DNA from: Octopus vulgaris
Lineage: Eukaryota
DNA: 64,000 nt
NCBI GenBank assembly: GCA_951406725.2
Contig: OX597826.1
Coordinates: forward strand, 25,234,001 to 25,298,000
Reading direction: 5' to 3'
In this document: positions 11,456 to 26,519 of the stretch, piece by piece
How the letters are laid out: each line of letters begins with the position of its first letter
How positions within the stretch are numbered: the first letter of the stretch is position 1
Position numbers and translations under genes: made by a program
Notes under the pieces: generated by a model
Database searches by the model: none
The model's input: only the letters and a program-made list of their open reading frames with translations
Told to the model about the DNA's origin: nothing

Positions 11456-14400
11456 TAATCCAAAGAACAGAGAGGTAGAACATAAAGCATAAGGAATTCC
11501 ATTTGGCAATTCTACCAATTTGCTGCCAAACAGAATGGGGGACAGAGTTCCTAACTCATAAGTGCTCAGTGGTGTTTCGGGGGAAAACAATCCTTTGATA
11601 TAGGTGTTAATGGTAAATATTGCAATAAGCTATCCTGGACCAAACATGGGCTGCCCTTTTGGTAGTTACCCAGCCCAGGGATACAGGTGAAACCAATAGC
11701 AGCAGTATGGTGGTTGTTTCAGTCTTGGCAAAAGAGTTAGCCACTGACCAATGGTGATGCTAACATGATGCTGCATACAGAAACCTTATACGGTCAGATA
11801 TATAATATGAAACTTTGTTTAACTTCGGTCCTTAGTTACTTCAAAAACATTCAAACTGAAATCATAAAGCATACACCCCTCTAACTTCCAAAAATATTAC
11901 AAGCTTGGTGCCAAAATTTCTAACCATTATTATTACTATTATATTAATACAATATATTATGGTCTTATTATCCACTCTGTAAGGTTGGTGCAGATAGAAA
12001 CACACTGAGCAATAATTAATTTTGTTGATTAATGACCAACTTTAAATCCTGACTGTCTGTTTTAGTATTGTATTCTATCCCACTGTTGGCTTACACTTCA
12101 ACAGACCACACCTGCTCCAACACATCAATTGTGTTTGGGTGTGCATGAGCAGGTACAAATTACAATACTTTTTACTCTTTGCTTCTTTCAGTTATTATAC
12201 TGTGGCCATGCTGGGGCACCACCTTGAATGTTAGCTGAACGAATTGACCCTAGTTGCGTTTGGCAAACCACTAAGTTATGGAGACGTAAACACGCCAACA
12301 CTGGCTGTCGAGTAGTGGTTCTCAACAGATATAAAGGACTTTGTGAAAACTTGAACTGTATGGTAAGAAGTTTGCTTCCCAACCATAAAGGTTCCAGGTT
12401 CAATCCTACTGTGTGGTACTTTGGCAAGTGTCTTCTACTATAGCTGCAGGCTGACCAAAGCCTCGTGAGTGGATTTGGTAGAAGGAAATTGAAAGAAGCT
12501 CATCGTGTATATATATGTGTGTGTGTGTACGCATGCATGCATGTATCTGTTTCTGGCCCCACCACTTCACAACTGGTGTTGGTGTGTTTACATCCTTGTA
12601 ACTTAGTAGTTTCGCAAAAGAGACCAATAGAATAAGTACCAGGCTTTAAAAACAAAACAAAACAAAAAAAAAATGTTAAGTCTTTGGGTTGGTTCATTTA
12701 GCTAAACTTTTTCAAGGCAGTGCTCCAGCATGGCTGCAGTCAAATGGCTAAAAACAGATAAAATATTAAAGCTAAAATGAGATCCATAATGGAAAATGGA
12801 AGTGGAACAGGGGGTTAAACCTAACTCAGAGACAAACAATGAGGTGGTGTGGTCTGATCTGGTCTGGCTCTAGTATAACGGCATTCTGCCACCGCTGCAT
12901 TAATAGTGTACCAATTAATCAGGAATGATACCATCTACACTACAGATAAGCGGAAAACCGGACTGTAGCATATTACACAGACTAGTTTGTTTACTGAAGA
13001 CTTTCTGATGAGTGGTAAGATAACAACCTGTACTCACATACACACGTGTACAAATAAACACACATGTACACATGAACACACACACACACAAACATTTACA
13101 TGCACACAAAGAAAAATATATCTCTAGATATTCATGTATTAAGTGTCTGCATGTGCGTACATTCTTTTATGCTTTTACTTGTTTCAGCCATTTGATTGCG
13201 GCCATGCTGGAGCACCGCCTTTAGTTGAGCAGATCAACCCCCAGGACTTATTCTTTGTCTAACATGTATACATACATTTCTATACACATATGCATATAAA
13301 CATACACTGATGTATACACACTAATATGCAAATCTATATGCACAGACAGACATTCACTGTCTGCCGTTCCCTCTCTTACAGACATAGACACATACATGCA
13401 AATGTTTATGCACCCATATATACGTATATATATATATATATTTAAATTTACATACACACACGTGTACATATACAAATGATGACACTATATATTTTATGCT
13501 CTACAAGTGCCTCTTATAAATGCAAAATCTTTTATTTATATACACATGTATTCTAAATATACATACATACATACATACTTATACACCAGTCTATGAAACA
13601 GGCATAACTGTTAGTGTGTGCATGTGGGTATTAGAAGCCTGACTGTATGTGTGATTGGAGAGGTGACAGTGTGAGGGTACACACAAATACGACAGTATGG
13701 GTATGGCATACCAGCAGGGTGGGGGTATATGACAGCTTTGTGGGTAAGGGTATACCTGTGAAAGTACAGGCATGGCTGTGTGATTAATAAATATGTTTCG
13801 CAGTCACATGGTTCCTGGCTTGCTTCCACTGCAAGCAAACTTAGGCAAGTGTCCTTTGCAATATCTTGGGTGGAGAGTGTGTGTGCCTTTATCCAGCTAG
13901 TGCCAACACACACACAAGTGAGTGAATAAACAAGAGAAAAAAAGCAGTTAATACATTTTGTAGGAGTTACACATATTATTGGCGAGCTGGCAGAATTGTT
14001 AGCATGCCAGGCGAAACTGAAGTCGACTTTGGCTTTCATCCTTTCGGGGGTCGATTAAATAAGTACCAGTTACACACTGGGGTCAATGTGATCAACTTAC
14101 CCTCCCAAATTTCAGGCTTGTGCCTTTAATAAATAGGACTATTATTTAAAACAGTTTGATGTGACTTTGCAAGTTTCTTACAGACACCTACAGCATGAAA
14201 GTATCAGCCCTTGAGTCATTCCATACCTTTGACCATTTAATACACGCTCGTGAAAAAAACATTTATGTGCAGGTGGCACATAAAAAGCACCATCTAACTG
14301 GCCCTCGTGCCGGTGACATGTAACAGCACCCACTACACTCTCGGAGTGGTTGGCATTAGGAAGGGCATCCAGTTGTAGAAACTCTGCTAGATCAGATTGG

Positions 14401-14729
14401 AGTCTGGTGCAGCCATCTGGTTCGCCAGGCCTCAATCAAATCGTCCAACCCATGCTAGCATGGAAAGTGGACGTTAAACGATGATGATGATGACACACAC
14501 ACACACACACATAAATATTTCAAATAGGCATAGCAATACTAAGAATCTGGTGTAGAACTCAATACACATATGCTTCAAAATGAAGCATAATTTGAGTATG
14601 GAGCAGTAATAAGAAGATGACAAAGGAATTAATAATTATAAACTAACAGAGTTCAGAAGATAATCGTTTATTCTTTTGTCATTTCATTTTCTTATATATA
14701 CATGCATACATAAATATATATATATATAT

Positions 14730-15020
14730 GTTTGTTCCTTCTTGAGCCACGCCTGTCTCATAAGGGCCTGTTTCCTGGATCCTTTGGCATAAAGGTTCCC
14801 TACCTGGATGGGACGCTGGTCCGTCGCAGGTGAGCTGCAAGATGCAGGAGGAAAGAGTGAGAGAACGTTGTGGTGAAAGAGTCAGCAGAAGTTCACTATA
14901 ACCTTCTGCCGGAGCCGCGTGGAGCTTAGGTATTTCGCTCATAAATGCACACATCGCCCAGTCTGAGATTCGAACCCACGATTCCTCGACTGCGGGTCCG
15001 CTGCTCCAACCACTAGGCCA
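14730..15020 (-). mobile_element. SINE family D/E (tRNA head tggcctagtggttggagcagcggac...gggttcgaatctc)
   Basis: A/B boxes present; related to 40083-40392, 42451-42760 and 63530-63700. Confidence 0.75.
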
Positions 15021-15670
<650 letters not shown>

Positions 15671-15686
15671 TATGTATGTATATATG

Positions 15687-15723
<37 letters not shown>

Positions 15724-15742
15724 GTATATATATATATGTATA

Positions 15743-15879
<137 letters not shown>

Positions 15880-16031
15880 GTATTTGATTTTATAAATATA
15901 ATTATAAAATTATAATAATTTTATAATTATATATATAAAATTAAATACTTTGATTTAATTTTTACTTAAATTGGTTTTGAAATGCTAGCTACTTGATAAT
16001 ATCCTATATAGACTTTATCCTTGATTATAAT

Positions 16032-16105
<74 letters not shown>

Positions 16106-16687
16106 TAACAGAAAAGTAGGAATTTCAATAATCCCCACATTGTGAGTTGTAATATATATAAGAAATTAAATATATTGTTATATTTCGGAATGGTCATTTT
16201 GCCAGTTTAGCCAATAAATACACAAGCACTATATATTTGGTGTTATTTTGCTTCAGTGTTATTTATTTTTTACATTAATCTTAATCTTATTTCGACCAGA
16301 GTTCTTTCATCATCATCATCCAGTGTTTTAAATCCAGGTTTTGTCCCTGTAAACAGGGGTGGCTGGATCTACCTCAATGTCATAGCAACTGAAGTAGGCA
16401 GGTGCAGCCCACCCCTACCTTTAGGCTGGCTGGTGCCCATTCTCTTTTGCTATCATGAGGCTCTTTTGGAGTTGGATTTTGAATGGGGAGCATGCCCTTG
16501 CTTACCCCCAACCTCAGTTTCTAGACATGAATGATCCCAAGACCTCTACCATGATTTTTTAAAGAAATGTGGTGGGAAACTAGCTCAAGAAGGCAGGGAC
16601 GCTACTCCCTGAGACCACTTCTGGAGCCCCCCCCCCCACCTAATACATATATATACACACATATACATACAAAAAGACATATATATG

Positions 16688-16744
<57 letters not shown>

Positions 16745-17615
16745 CCAAGGAAAAAGAGTCATGATCTCTTAACAAACCAATGTGACATAGTATTTGTTCC
16801 ACTGGGGAGGGTTACGTGGTTTGCACATCATAGATTGCATATATATTTTTTTTCACACTTGTATCAGTCCTTAAACTGTGGCCATGCAATCGAATGAACT
16901 GACCTCAGCACTCTTTGCTTTTTTCAGGCCTGGTACTTATTCTATCGATCTCTTTTGCCAAATCGTTAAGTGGTGGGGACATAAACACACCAACACCAGT
17001 TGTCAAGTGGTGGCCGAGGACAAACACAGACACACATAAATATACATGACAAACTTCTTTCACTTCCTGTCAGTCAAATCCACTCACAAGTCTTTGGTCA
17101 ACCTAAGGGTACAGTAGAATTCATTTGCTTGATGTGTTACACAGTGGGGCTGAACCCAGAACCATGTGGTTGCAAAGCAAACGTCTTACCACAGCATTTA
17201 ACTGTGGCCATGCTGAAGCACCACCTTTAGTTGAGCAAATCGACCCCAGGACTTATTCTTTGTAAGCCTACTACTTATTCTATCGGTCTCTTTGCCAAAC
17301 CGCTAAGTTACGGGGACGTAAACAAGCATGTTGGGGGCACAAACACAGACACACAAACATATATATATATATACATATATACGATGGGCTTCTTTCAGCT
17401 TCCATCTACCAAATCCACTCACAAGTCTGTGGTTGGCCCGGGGCTATAGTAGAAGACACTTGCCCAAGGTGCAACGCAGTGGGAATGAACCTGGAACCAT
17501 GTGGTTGGTAAGCAAACTACTTACCACACAGCCACTCCTATATATATATATTATACTTTATATTAGTACCAATGTAGTGTTGCGTACTCATTCTCACTGT
17601 TCAATATTAGCATGT

Positions 17616-17663
<48 letters not shown>

Positions 17664-17664
<1 letters not shown>

Positions 17665-20606
17665 TAGCATTAAAGACCCGTCGTTGCCGGGTCATAGTGC
17701 TAGTGCATGTATATATGTGTATATATATGTGTACATATTACATGTACACATAAAATGCAAAATACAAAGTTATATCTTGATATCGCTAGTGATAACAATA
17801 CTCAAAATATATAACAGACTGGAATTGTTTTATTATTAACCACAAGGGGCGAACATCGAGGGGACAATACAATCTGATGTGGGGTCAGATAGACGAATGG
17901 GGTTACACAAAGATGAGTTTTAAAAATTCAAAAAAATATAAATCTAAAAATTAAATGAAGAACAGACCGGAAGACATTACGGATAGAGTGGGAGCGGGTT
18001 TAGCTCGGACCCCACGAGCCCCGCTTCCCCACTGATACTTTGGTTTCGTCTAGTTTTACATTTATGTGGTATCATCCACTCGCAACTTTCGTGATACATC
18101 CTTCCATCGTTCTTCATACACTCTCTTAGTCAGGCATTTTCTCTCCAGCCCTGTCTTCCTTTTTAGGTGAAAGATGAAGTAATTCATCAATCCAGGGCCG
18201 GAGATGAACTTGCCTGACCGTAAACCTTTCATCCTAGTCTTCCAAATCACCTCTTTCGCATTTGCTACTACAACGAGAAAACAATTCTTACCTTCTTTCA
18301 CGAGGAAATCTGGTGGGTCAATTTTTGTAATAGACTCAGTCGACAGCTGTACTCTTCGTGTGCTTGACAACAGCTGTTCGGCATAAACCCACACCTGTGA
18401 CACGACCGAACAATGGACAATAGCGTGCGGGATGGTTTCCCTATCCCGCTCGCATCTTGGACATATCGGACTGTCTTGGCCACCGTTCCTTGCGAGTTTA
18501 TCCCGAACAGGTAGAGCTCCTCTGTAACATTGCCATGCCAGAGACTTCTGGAAGTTGTCCAGGGTCTTCAGCCCGAACGTATGTCAGAACAGACTGGCCA
18601 GCTGATTATCGTCGAGACCTAGGGCTTCCCCTAAGGTATCTTCACATTCCGCCTCTACCAACCCTCTATAGAAGAATGTGGTGGAACCCCCACCGCAGGC
18701 GTTGACTGAGCGACGGAATAGCAGGAGAGCCTTGCGACACTCCGTGTACCATGTGCCCAGTTTCGATCTACGATTCAGCCAGGTTTCCCATCCACCGAAA
18801 CTAGTGAACTTGGGAAACATCAGTTTTGCTAGCGGAGACCACACCTGTTCACCATCCATGTAGAGCCACAGATATCTTAACCTCAGCGCATGTCTGCGCA
18901 TCATCAGCCAAGGCATCCCTAGCCCACCCTTTAACGGTTGTTGATAGCAAGTAGAGCGTTTCACAAGTGGTTTCCCGCCCTGCCACAAGAAGTAGAAGAG
19001 CTGTCTTTCCAACTTGTTCAACCACGAATCAGGGCAAGGAACGACGGAAAGGCGGTAGGTGATAACCGATGCGATAAACACATTGGCTACTTCCGCCCTT
19101 CCTTTCAGGGATAGCCACTGCCAAGACCAGGTCTTGGCTACTGCAGCCAACCTGCTCGATACCTCGCCCCAGTTCTTCTCTATTTGGAGGTCTGGTCCGA
19201 ACCAAACCCCTAGCAACTTAATCGGACCCTCCGTCCAACATCCCACGACGCTGTCAGGAGGCATCGACTTGCCTCTCCTGGTGCCGAGTTGCAAGCCGAC
19301 TGACTTTTCACGATTAACCTTTGCTCCTGTCACCGTCTCGTAAACCTCTATGGCCTTGCCTACCCTCTGTAGGTGATCCATTTTGGTTACGATAATGGTG
19401 ATGTCATCCACGTAAGCTGACACCGATTTTCCACAACCTGGCTGTCTCGGGATGCCACTCAGTTTTCGCAGTAATGGCTCAAGAGCCACCACGTACAAAA
19501 GCGGGGAGAGCGGACACCCTTGACGAACCGAGCGCTTGATGTTGAACGACCTCGAAAAGAAGCCGTTCACCCGAACTGTGCCAGGGCAGACACCAGGTAG
19601 CGATGGTCGACCCTATCGAATGCTTTAGATTGGTCTAAATGGACCAGTGCCCCACCCTTGCCAGAATCACTATTAAACCCCTCTATAGTGTACCGCATAA
19701 GATGGAGATTATCCTGAATAGATCTGCCAGGAACGGCACATGTCTGTGCCTCCCCGATCAGACCATTCGCGACACGCGCCAATCTTTTCGATAACACTTT
19801 GGCCAAAATCTTCAACTCTGTGTTTAGCAGAGTGATGGGCCTGAAATTATCAATGCACTCCCCCTTGCTCGGGTCCTTTCTGACAAATGTCACTACTCCC
19901 CGGCGCACAGATCTGGGTATGAACCCGTTCTGCTGCCAGTTTGCATAGACCTCCGCCAGTAGGTGCCCGAACAAGTCTGGCATACTCTTATATAACTCAT
20001 AGGGTAGACCCTCCAAACCCGGCGCCTTGCCCGTGCCGCAGTCCGCCATCGTCTCAACCACCTCCCCAGGCGTGATTGGCCCTTCACAGCCCATATAACA
20101 GACTGGAATTGTTAGCTCTTCTTTTTTCTCTACATTGTATACTTTATAGACAATAATCTTTTCTTTAATTTAATTTTTTATTATCCATCTGGACTATTCC
20201 ATTTCTGCACGCTAATTTTATTTTTAACTTATTCCCATTCATATGAAACCACTTCTTCAAGTTCAAGTCATTGATACAATTTTATACCAATTGCTATTTT
20301 TACTTTTGTTATGTTATGATTATATTATACTTTAGTTTGATTTTAATTATTACTTACTACATATAATTCAATTGTTATTATTATTTTTATTGTTAAAGTG
20401 AAAGCATCTGACATAAAATAGAGAAATAGTTTTGTTTCACTTTAACACGTAATACTGAAATAGTGGAGAAGATATGATATTGCTATGGGCTCGCTCTAGG
20501 CAAGTAGGACATATGTAAAATTCGAATGAAATTGGTTGTGTAGTTCTCAAGTTTTAGGGAAACACAGACAGACAGACACACATTCTCAGTTTTATATATA
20601 CAAAGA
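17664..20606 (-). mobile_element. Non-autonomous Helitron, interrupted by a Tx1 LINE
   Basis: Minus strand: 5' A|TC at 20606 followed by (GTCT)n; 3' hairpin GACCCG-7nt-CGGGTC (17675-17693), then CTAG|T at 17664-17667. Both ends sit in (TA)n. Confidence 0.72.
17830..20092 (-). mobile_element. L1/Tx1-clade non-LTR retrotransposon, 5'-truncated (RT plus zf-RVT)
   Basis: RT motifs GKAPGLEG, NFRPITLLNTELKILAK, LDQSKAFDRVDH, VRQGCPLSPLLY, AYVDDIT, and the CPRC-x8-H-x4-C knuckle; ORF stop at 18062. Perfect 21-bp TSD atataacagactggaattgtt at 17809-17829 and 20093-20113. Confidence 0.95.
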
Positions 20607-20652
20607 TATATATATGTATGTATGTATGTATATATATATATACTCGTATATG

Positions 20653-20699
<47 letters not shown>

Positions 20700-20705
<6 letters not shown>

Positions 20706-21022
20706 TCATCATCATCATCGTTTAACGTTCGTTTTCCGCGCTTGCACGGGTTGGATGGTTCAGCCGGGGTCTGGGAAGCCAGGGGCTGCACCAGGCTCCA
20801 GTCTGATCTGGCAGTGTTTCTACAGCTGGATACCCTTCCTAACGCCAACCACTCCGTGTGTGTAGTGGGTGCTTTTTACGTGCCACCTGCACAGGTGCCA
20901 GGGGGGGTCTGGCATCGGCCACGATCGGTTGGTGCTTTTAACGTGCCACCGGCACGGAAGCCAGCCAAGGCGGTGCTGGCATCGGCCACGTTCGGATGGT
21001 GCTTTTTATGTGCCACCGGCAC
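20700..21022 (-). mobile_element. Short RTE-tail element (3' UTR-only copy or RTE-dependent SINE)
   Basis: Homologous to the 2930-3345 RTE 3' UTR including the (GAT)n tail. Similar copies at 14270-14492, 30043-30355, 36100-36312 and 49020-49403. Confidence 0.8.
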
Positions 21023-21771
21023 AGATGTATGTATACATATATATATGTATGTATGCATGTATGTAAATGAATATGTGTGTGTGTGTGTGTGCATATGTGT
21101 CTATGCATGTGTATAAACTATGCAACATAGACACACACACACACCTAATACTCGATATGTGCATGAGGACAGCATATCAATTACTAAGTTGACAGGTTTA
21201 TCAGGGGACATCACATCCCAAAGTGCTCATTACTGAAATGACTCAGGTAGCATTAGATCCGGCTGAGTTAATGCGATTCCCCTCCCACACACACAACTCC
21301 AAACTGAACAGATGTGCGGAATTTCCATGTTGACAATTTTGGCTTTGGATTATGTAGAATCTTTATTGTTTCTTTCTTCTTTATTTTCTTTTTTTTTTGC
21401 ATTTTTGTTTTGATCACAGCACCACTCGTGCATGAAGAAACATTTTTTGTTTTGAAGTATTCATAGATTTTGAGATGTTGGTAATCGCTATATGCACTAA
21501 CAGAATTCAAATTTAGAAAGCAGTTAATGGCAACAAGTTGTTCTGGATGATTAGGTCTCTGCTATGATGAGGTCAGCCATAGTGAATATAACTCTTTCCT
21601 CCTTTATCGCTTATCTGTTACAGTCATTAGACTGTGGCTATGCTGGAGTACTAACTTGTAGAATCTTAGTCAAATAAATCAACCCCAGTATGTAACTTTT
21701 TTAAAACCTGGTATTTATTCTATCGAATTCTTTTGCTGAAGCACAAATACAGCCAGACACACACATGTATA

Positions 21772-23053
21772 CACAGACATGCAGGAAATAAATAGACACC
21801 TTTAATTTTCAAAATCTTTTATTTAATATGCAAAGCAAACAATTGAAATGTAGTTGATAGGTAGGACTACATACTTTAGTATTTAGTTGACATTCCCTTT
21901 GCAGTTTTTAATTCAGAAACTCTTTTTGGCATTTAACTGATGAGCTTTGCGATTGTCTCTTGTGGAATTTCTGCCCACTTTTCACACAACAATTGAAACA
22001 ATTCATCTTTAGATTTAGGTTTCTGTCGAGTTTTTCGTATAGCTCTCTATCTAGTATGCTCCAAAGATTTTCAATTGGGTTCATGTCAGGGGATTTGCTC
22101 GACCAAGGAAGCTTTATGATCCCATTTTCAGTCAGCCATTGTTGATTCCTTTTCGCTGTGTAGCACGGAGCCCTATCTTCCACGATGAATAAAAACTAAT
22201 TTTTCATTATATTATCCTGTGAATACATCAGACACAGTCCTTGCTTAAGTATTTTGATGTATTTTTCAGAGTTTATGGTTCCAACACATTCGATCAGCTC
22301 AGAACGACTATTACTGGTGACAGCCACTCATACCATTACAGAGATACCACCATGTTTCACAATTGGTTGAGTCGTTTCAAATCTAATTCTTGATTGGGAA
22401 GCCTCCAGACCCAAACACGTCCACTGTCTGAAAATAATGCAAATCTGGATTCATCTGAGACACTCACTCTATCCCAAAATGAACTGGATTTTTCTGACAT
22501 CTCCTTAGCCCATTTCTTTCTTTTCCTGATATTAATTGGTTGAAGGGGAGGTTTTCTTCTAGCTGTTCGTCCATAACACTCAAGCTTATGCAGATATGTA
22601 ACACACGTTCTTGGACTAACTTCTAGCTGTTTTGCAATGTCAGAAGCCTTTGAATAGGGTTTGTTTTCCACAATTCTCTTCTAACAGCGAAGCTTTCTTT
22701 CTGAGGGACTAGGTCGGCCGGGACGAGAATCTGTTGATTCTTTTCCTTGGCTTTTGAATTGCACTATAATTCTATTAACAGTAGCAAGAGGAATTTGAAG
22801 ATTTTCAGCAATTTTTTGCTGGCTAAGGACCAGCCTCAGATTGTCCAACAATACACCCTCTTTGAAAATCTGACAGTTCTACTGAATTTTTTGTGCGTGG
22901 CATGGTTACTCTTTGCAAATGTTTAATATAATGGCACCTGGAATGAAAACGAATAGTTACATTGTAAATTCTACACCGCTGAAAACATATTAAGACACTT
23001 AGATCAGAAATTTTGAAAATTAAGGGTGTCTATTTACTTCCTGCATGTCTGTG
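21772..23053 (-). mobile_element. Full-length Tc1 (DD34E) transposon with disrupted transposase
   Basis: About 44-bp TIRs cacagacatgcaggaa(a/g)taaatagacacc(t/c)ttaattttcaaaat with TA TSD. Transposase runs from ATG 22903 (MPRTKNSVELSDFQRG) to stop 21876 (...KGMSTKY*). Motifs SDESRF, EDRAPCY and SPDMNPIENLW give D-34-E spacing; several frameshifts and stops. Confidence 0.95.
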
Positions 23054-23064
23054 TATATATAAAA

Positions 23065-23368
23065 GGGTATAGAAAGTTCCCCTCTGAGGCACAAGTCCAG
23101 GCAAAGTTGTTTATGGAAGACCAGCAGTCACCCATTCATACCAGTCTCCCCTCTCCACACCACCGATGTTATCCAAGGGAAAGGCAAAGGCCAATACAGC
23201 TTGGCACCAGTGACATCGCAACTCATTTCTACAGCTGAGTGAACTGGAGCCACGTGAAATAAAGTACCTTGCTCAAGAATACAACACACACAGCCAGGTC
23301 CGGGTATCAAACTCACTACCTCATAATTGTGAGCCTGACGCTTTAATCACTGAGCCATGTGCCTTCAC
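23065..23368 (-). mobile_element. tRNA-derived SINE, family C head with an alternative 3' body
   Basis: Shares its head and core with family C; homologous to 39190-39525. Confidence 0.7.
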
Positions 23369-24591
23369 ACACACATGATGAGCTTCTTACAGTTTCTTAT
23401 TTCTTTATTGCACACAAGGGGCTAAACATAGAGGGGACAAACAAGGACAGACAAAGGGATTAAGTTGATTACATCGACCCCAGTGCGTAACTGGTACTTA
23501 ATTTATCGACCCTAAAAGGATGAAAGGCAAAGTCAACCTTGGCGGAATTTGAACTCAGAACATAACGGCAGACGAAATCCCGCTAAGCATCTTGCCCAGT
23601 GCGCCAACGCTTCTGCCAGCTCGCCACCTCTACAGTTCTTACAGTTTCTACCTACCAAATTCACCCGCAAAGGTTTGATCGGCCTGAGGCTATAAAAGAT
23701 TCTTACTCAAGGTGCCATGCAATGGGACTGAACCTTTATTTATGTAGTTGGGAAGCATACTTCTTACCACACAGCCACATCTGTGTCTATACAACACACC
23801 CATGCCTTCTGTTGTTGTTGTTGTTAATATTGTTGTTATTTATACTTTATTACTGGAATTTGTAATCCCTCACTGACTCTAATCATTTTCCAATTCGTTT
23901 GACTCAGCCAACCAGTATCCTTTAAGCTTAGAAACGGATATGGCTGAAGCTTGCTAGAGAGCAAATAAACCAACACCTCTCTCCCTCTCTTTCTACACAT
24001 CCAAGTATGTGTGTGTGGGGGGAGGGTATGTATAAATTGTTGTTTATTACTTGTATAATAATGAGGTAGGACACATAAAATTATCGAATTTTCTCTCTTT
24101 CTCTTTCAACACAAGAGATAGAGGAACAGCAGGAGATATATATAAAGATATATAGAGAGAGGAACAGAATATACAGATATATATAGAGAGATGATAAGAA
24201 TATGCATGTAAATGTTGTAGAAATGTATGAGTGTGTATAGGTGTGTGTGTGTATGGATGCATGTATGTATTCTTGCTAGATTGTTTTATATATAGTTATG
24301 TATATAGATATATACATGCATGTATAGATATATAGATATGTGTGAGTGTATACATATGTATTGTTTCATTTGCTTTACACACACACACACACATTAATAT
24401 CGAAGAATGAGAACAAGTGATCAAGATCACACTGATGGATAAATATCATTTGTTGCTAACAAATTATCCAAGATGGAGATGAGTACCAATGTCCCATGAG
24501 GTAGGCTTGATAACTGCTGAGAATTTTTGGCAAGAAACCCTTGGTAAATTTCTTAACCAACAAATAACAAATACAGTATATATATATATAA

Positions 24592-24633
<42 letters not shown>

Positions 24634-24634
<1 letters not shown>

Positions 24635-25045
24635 GGCGCAGGAGTGGCTGTGTGGTAAGTAGCTTGTTTACCAACCACATGGTTCCGGGTTCAGTCCCAC
24701 TGCGTGGCACCTTGGGCAAGTGTCTTCTACTATAGCGTCGGGCCGACCAAAGCCTTGTGAGTGAATTTGGTAGACGGAAACTGAAAGAAGCCCGTCGTAT
24801 ATATATATATATATATATGTGTGTGCGTGTGTGTGTTTGTATGTCTGTGTTTGTCCCCCTAGCATTGCTTGACAACCGATGCTGGTGTGCTTATGTCCCC
24901 GTTACTTAGCGGTTCAGCAAAAGAGACCGATAGAATAAGTACTGGGCTTACAAAAGAATAAGTCCCGGGGTCGAGTTGCTCGATTAAAGGCGGTGCTCCA
25001 GCATGGCCGCAGTCAAATGACTGAAACAAGTAAAAGAGTAAAAGA

Positions 25046-25048
<3 letters not shown>
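24634..25048 (+). mobile_element. SINE family A, full-length young copy
   Basis: aggcgcaggagtggctgtgtggtaag...gggttcagtccc...internal (TA)n(TG)n...gcagtcaaatgactgaaacaagtaaaagagtaaaagag. Confidence 0.9.
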
Positions 25049-25089
<41 letters not shown>

Positions 25090-26195
25090 GTATGTATGTA
25101 TCACATATGTAAATGTATGTATATACATATACACACACCCAGACTCATCTAGATTCATAAATGAACATGCAACTGAAAATAAACATCTACATATCTATGA
25201 ATAGATGCACACACACACACACACACACACACAATCTTCAAGGCGCCAAGAAGTATATGTACACAACTCCCCGAGACAGAAGGGGGCTAAAGATCAAACC
25301 AGTACAGCACAAACTCTATTGTTAACCACAAACAGTGATAAGGCCTGAAAGATTTCATTTTATTTTATTTTATTTTCTCTTATACTGGGTTGTTATTAGT
25401 TCATTTTTCTTTTTCTTTTCTTGCAAACTGTAATGCGATGTCTATTTAAATAAAAACACTTTCTTTAATCTTTTCGTGACTATAATTCTAATGAGGAGGA
25501 CGTTTACATATTTCATTTTAATTTTGAATACTAAGGAGATAGTCAGGAACCTTATGACTTCATAGCTGTGATGCTGTAAAAAGATTTTTACTAAAGCATG
25601 AATGTTTAACTAGGAGGAGCAGCAGCAGTAGTAGTAGTAGTAGTAATGATAATGACTGACTCGCCTCTCCGCCCCCTTGACGATGCATGAGCATTCAGCT
25701 TTTACCCAGCGACCTGCAGAAATGATCTGTTTATAGTGAACGAATTTAGGGGCTGTAGGGGCTGACGTTGCCTGAACAGGTGCACGGTGTGCCATGCATC
25801 AGGTGTTGAACAGGTGCAAAGTGTACCACATGTCAAGGGTCAAAGAGCAGAGGAATGTGAGATGAAGTGTTTTGCTCAAGAACACAACACACCACCTGGT
25901 CTAGGAATTGAAACCACGATCTAGTGAGTGCAACACCCTACCACTAGACCATGCATCCTCACATGGCTTAATAAGAACAACAACAATAATAATAATAATA
26001 ATAATCCTTTCTACTATAGACAAGGCTTCGAATTTGTGGGGAAGGAGTAAGTCGATCACATCGGTTCCAGTACTTGACTGGTACTTAATTTATCAACCCC
26101 GAAAGAATGAAAGGCAAAGTTGACCTCGGCAAAATTTGAATTCAGAATGTGAAGACGGATGAAATACCACTAAGAATTTTGCTCTGCATGCTAAC

Positions 26196-26265
<70 letters not shown>

Positions 26266-26519
26266 TCCTTTTTATTATAGGCACAAGGCCTGAAATTTTT
26301 AGGGGTGGGGTCAAGTCACCAATATCGATTCCAATTTGCAACTTGTACGTTATTTTATTGACCCTCCAAAAGAATGAAAGGTAAAGTAGACTTTGGTGGA
26401 ACTTGAATTCAGGATGTAAAGGTAGACAAAATATTGCTAAACATTTTGTCTAGTGCAGTAACGATTCAGCCAGCTTGCCGCCTTAATAGTAATAATAATA
26501 ATAATAATAATGATAATAA

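Noticed and set aside
12915-13030. KLVCVICYSP peptide after a minus-strand acceptor, considered as the RING exon
   Set aside because: It ends in a stop within a few codons, has no donor and does not match the Goliath CAVCIE..K..D..RILPC motif.
24634-24705. tRNA-like sequence with A and B boxes
   Set aside because: This is a SINE head that continues into the SINE body; no complete cloverleaf is evident.
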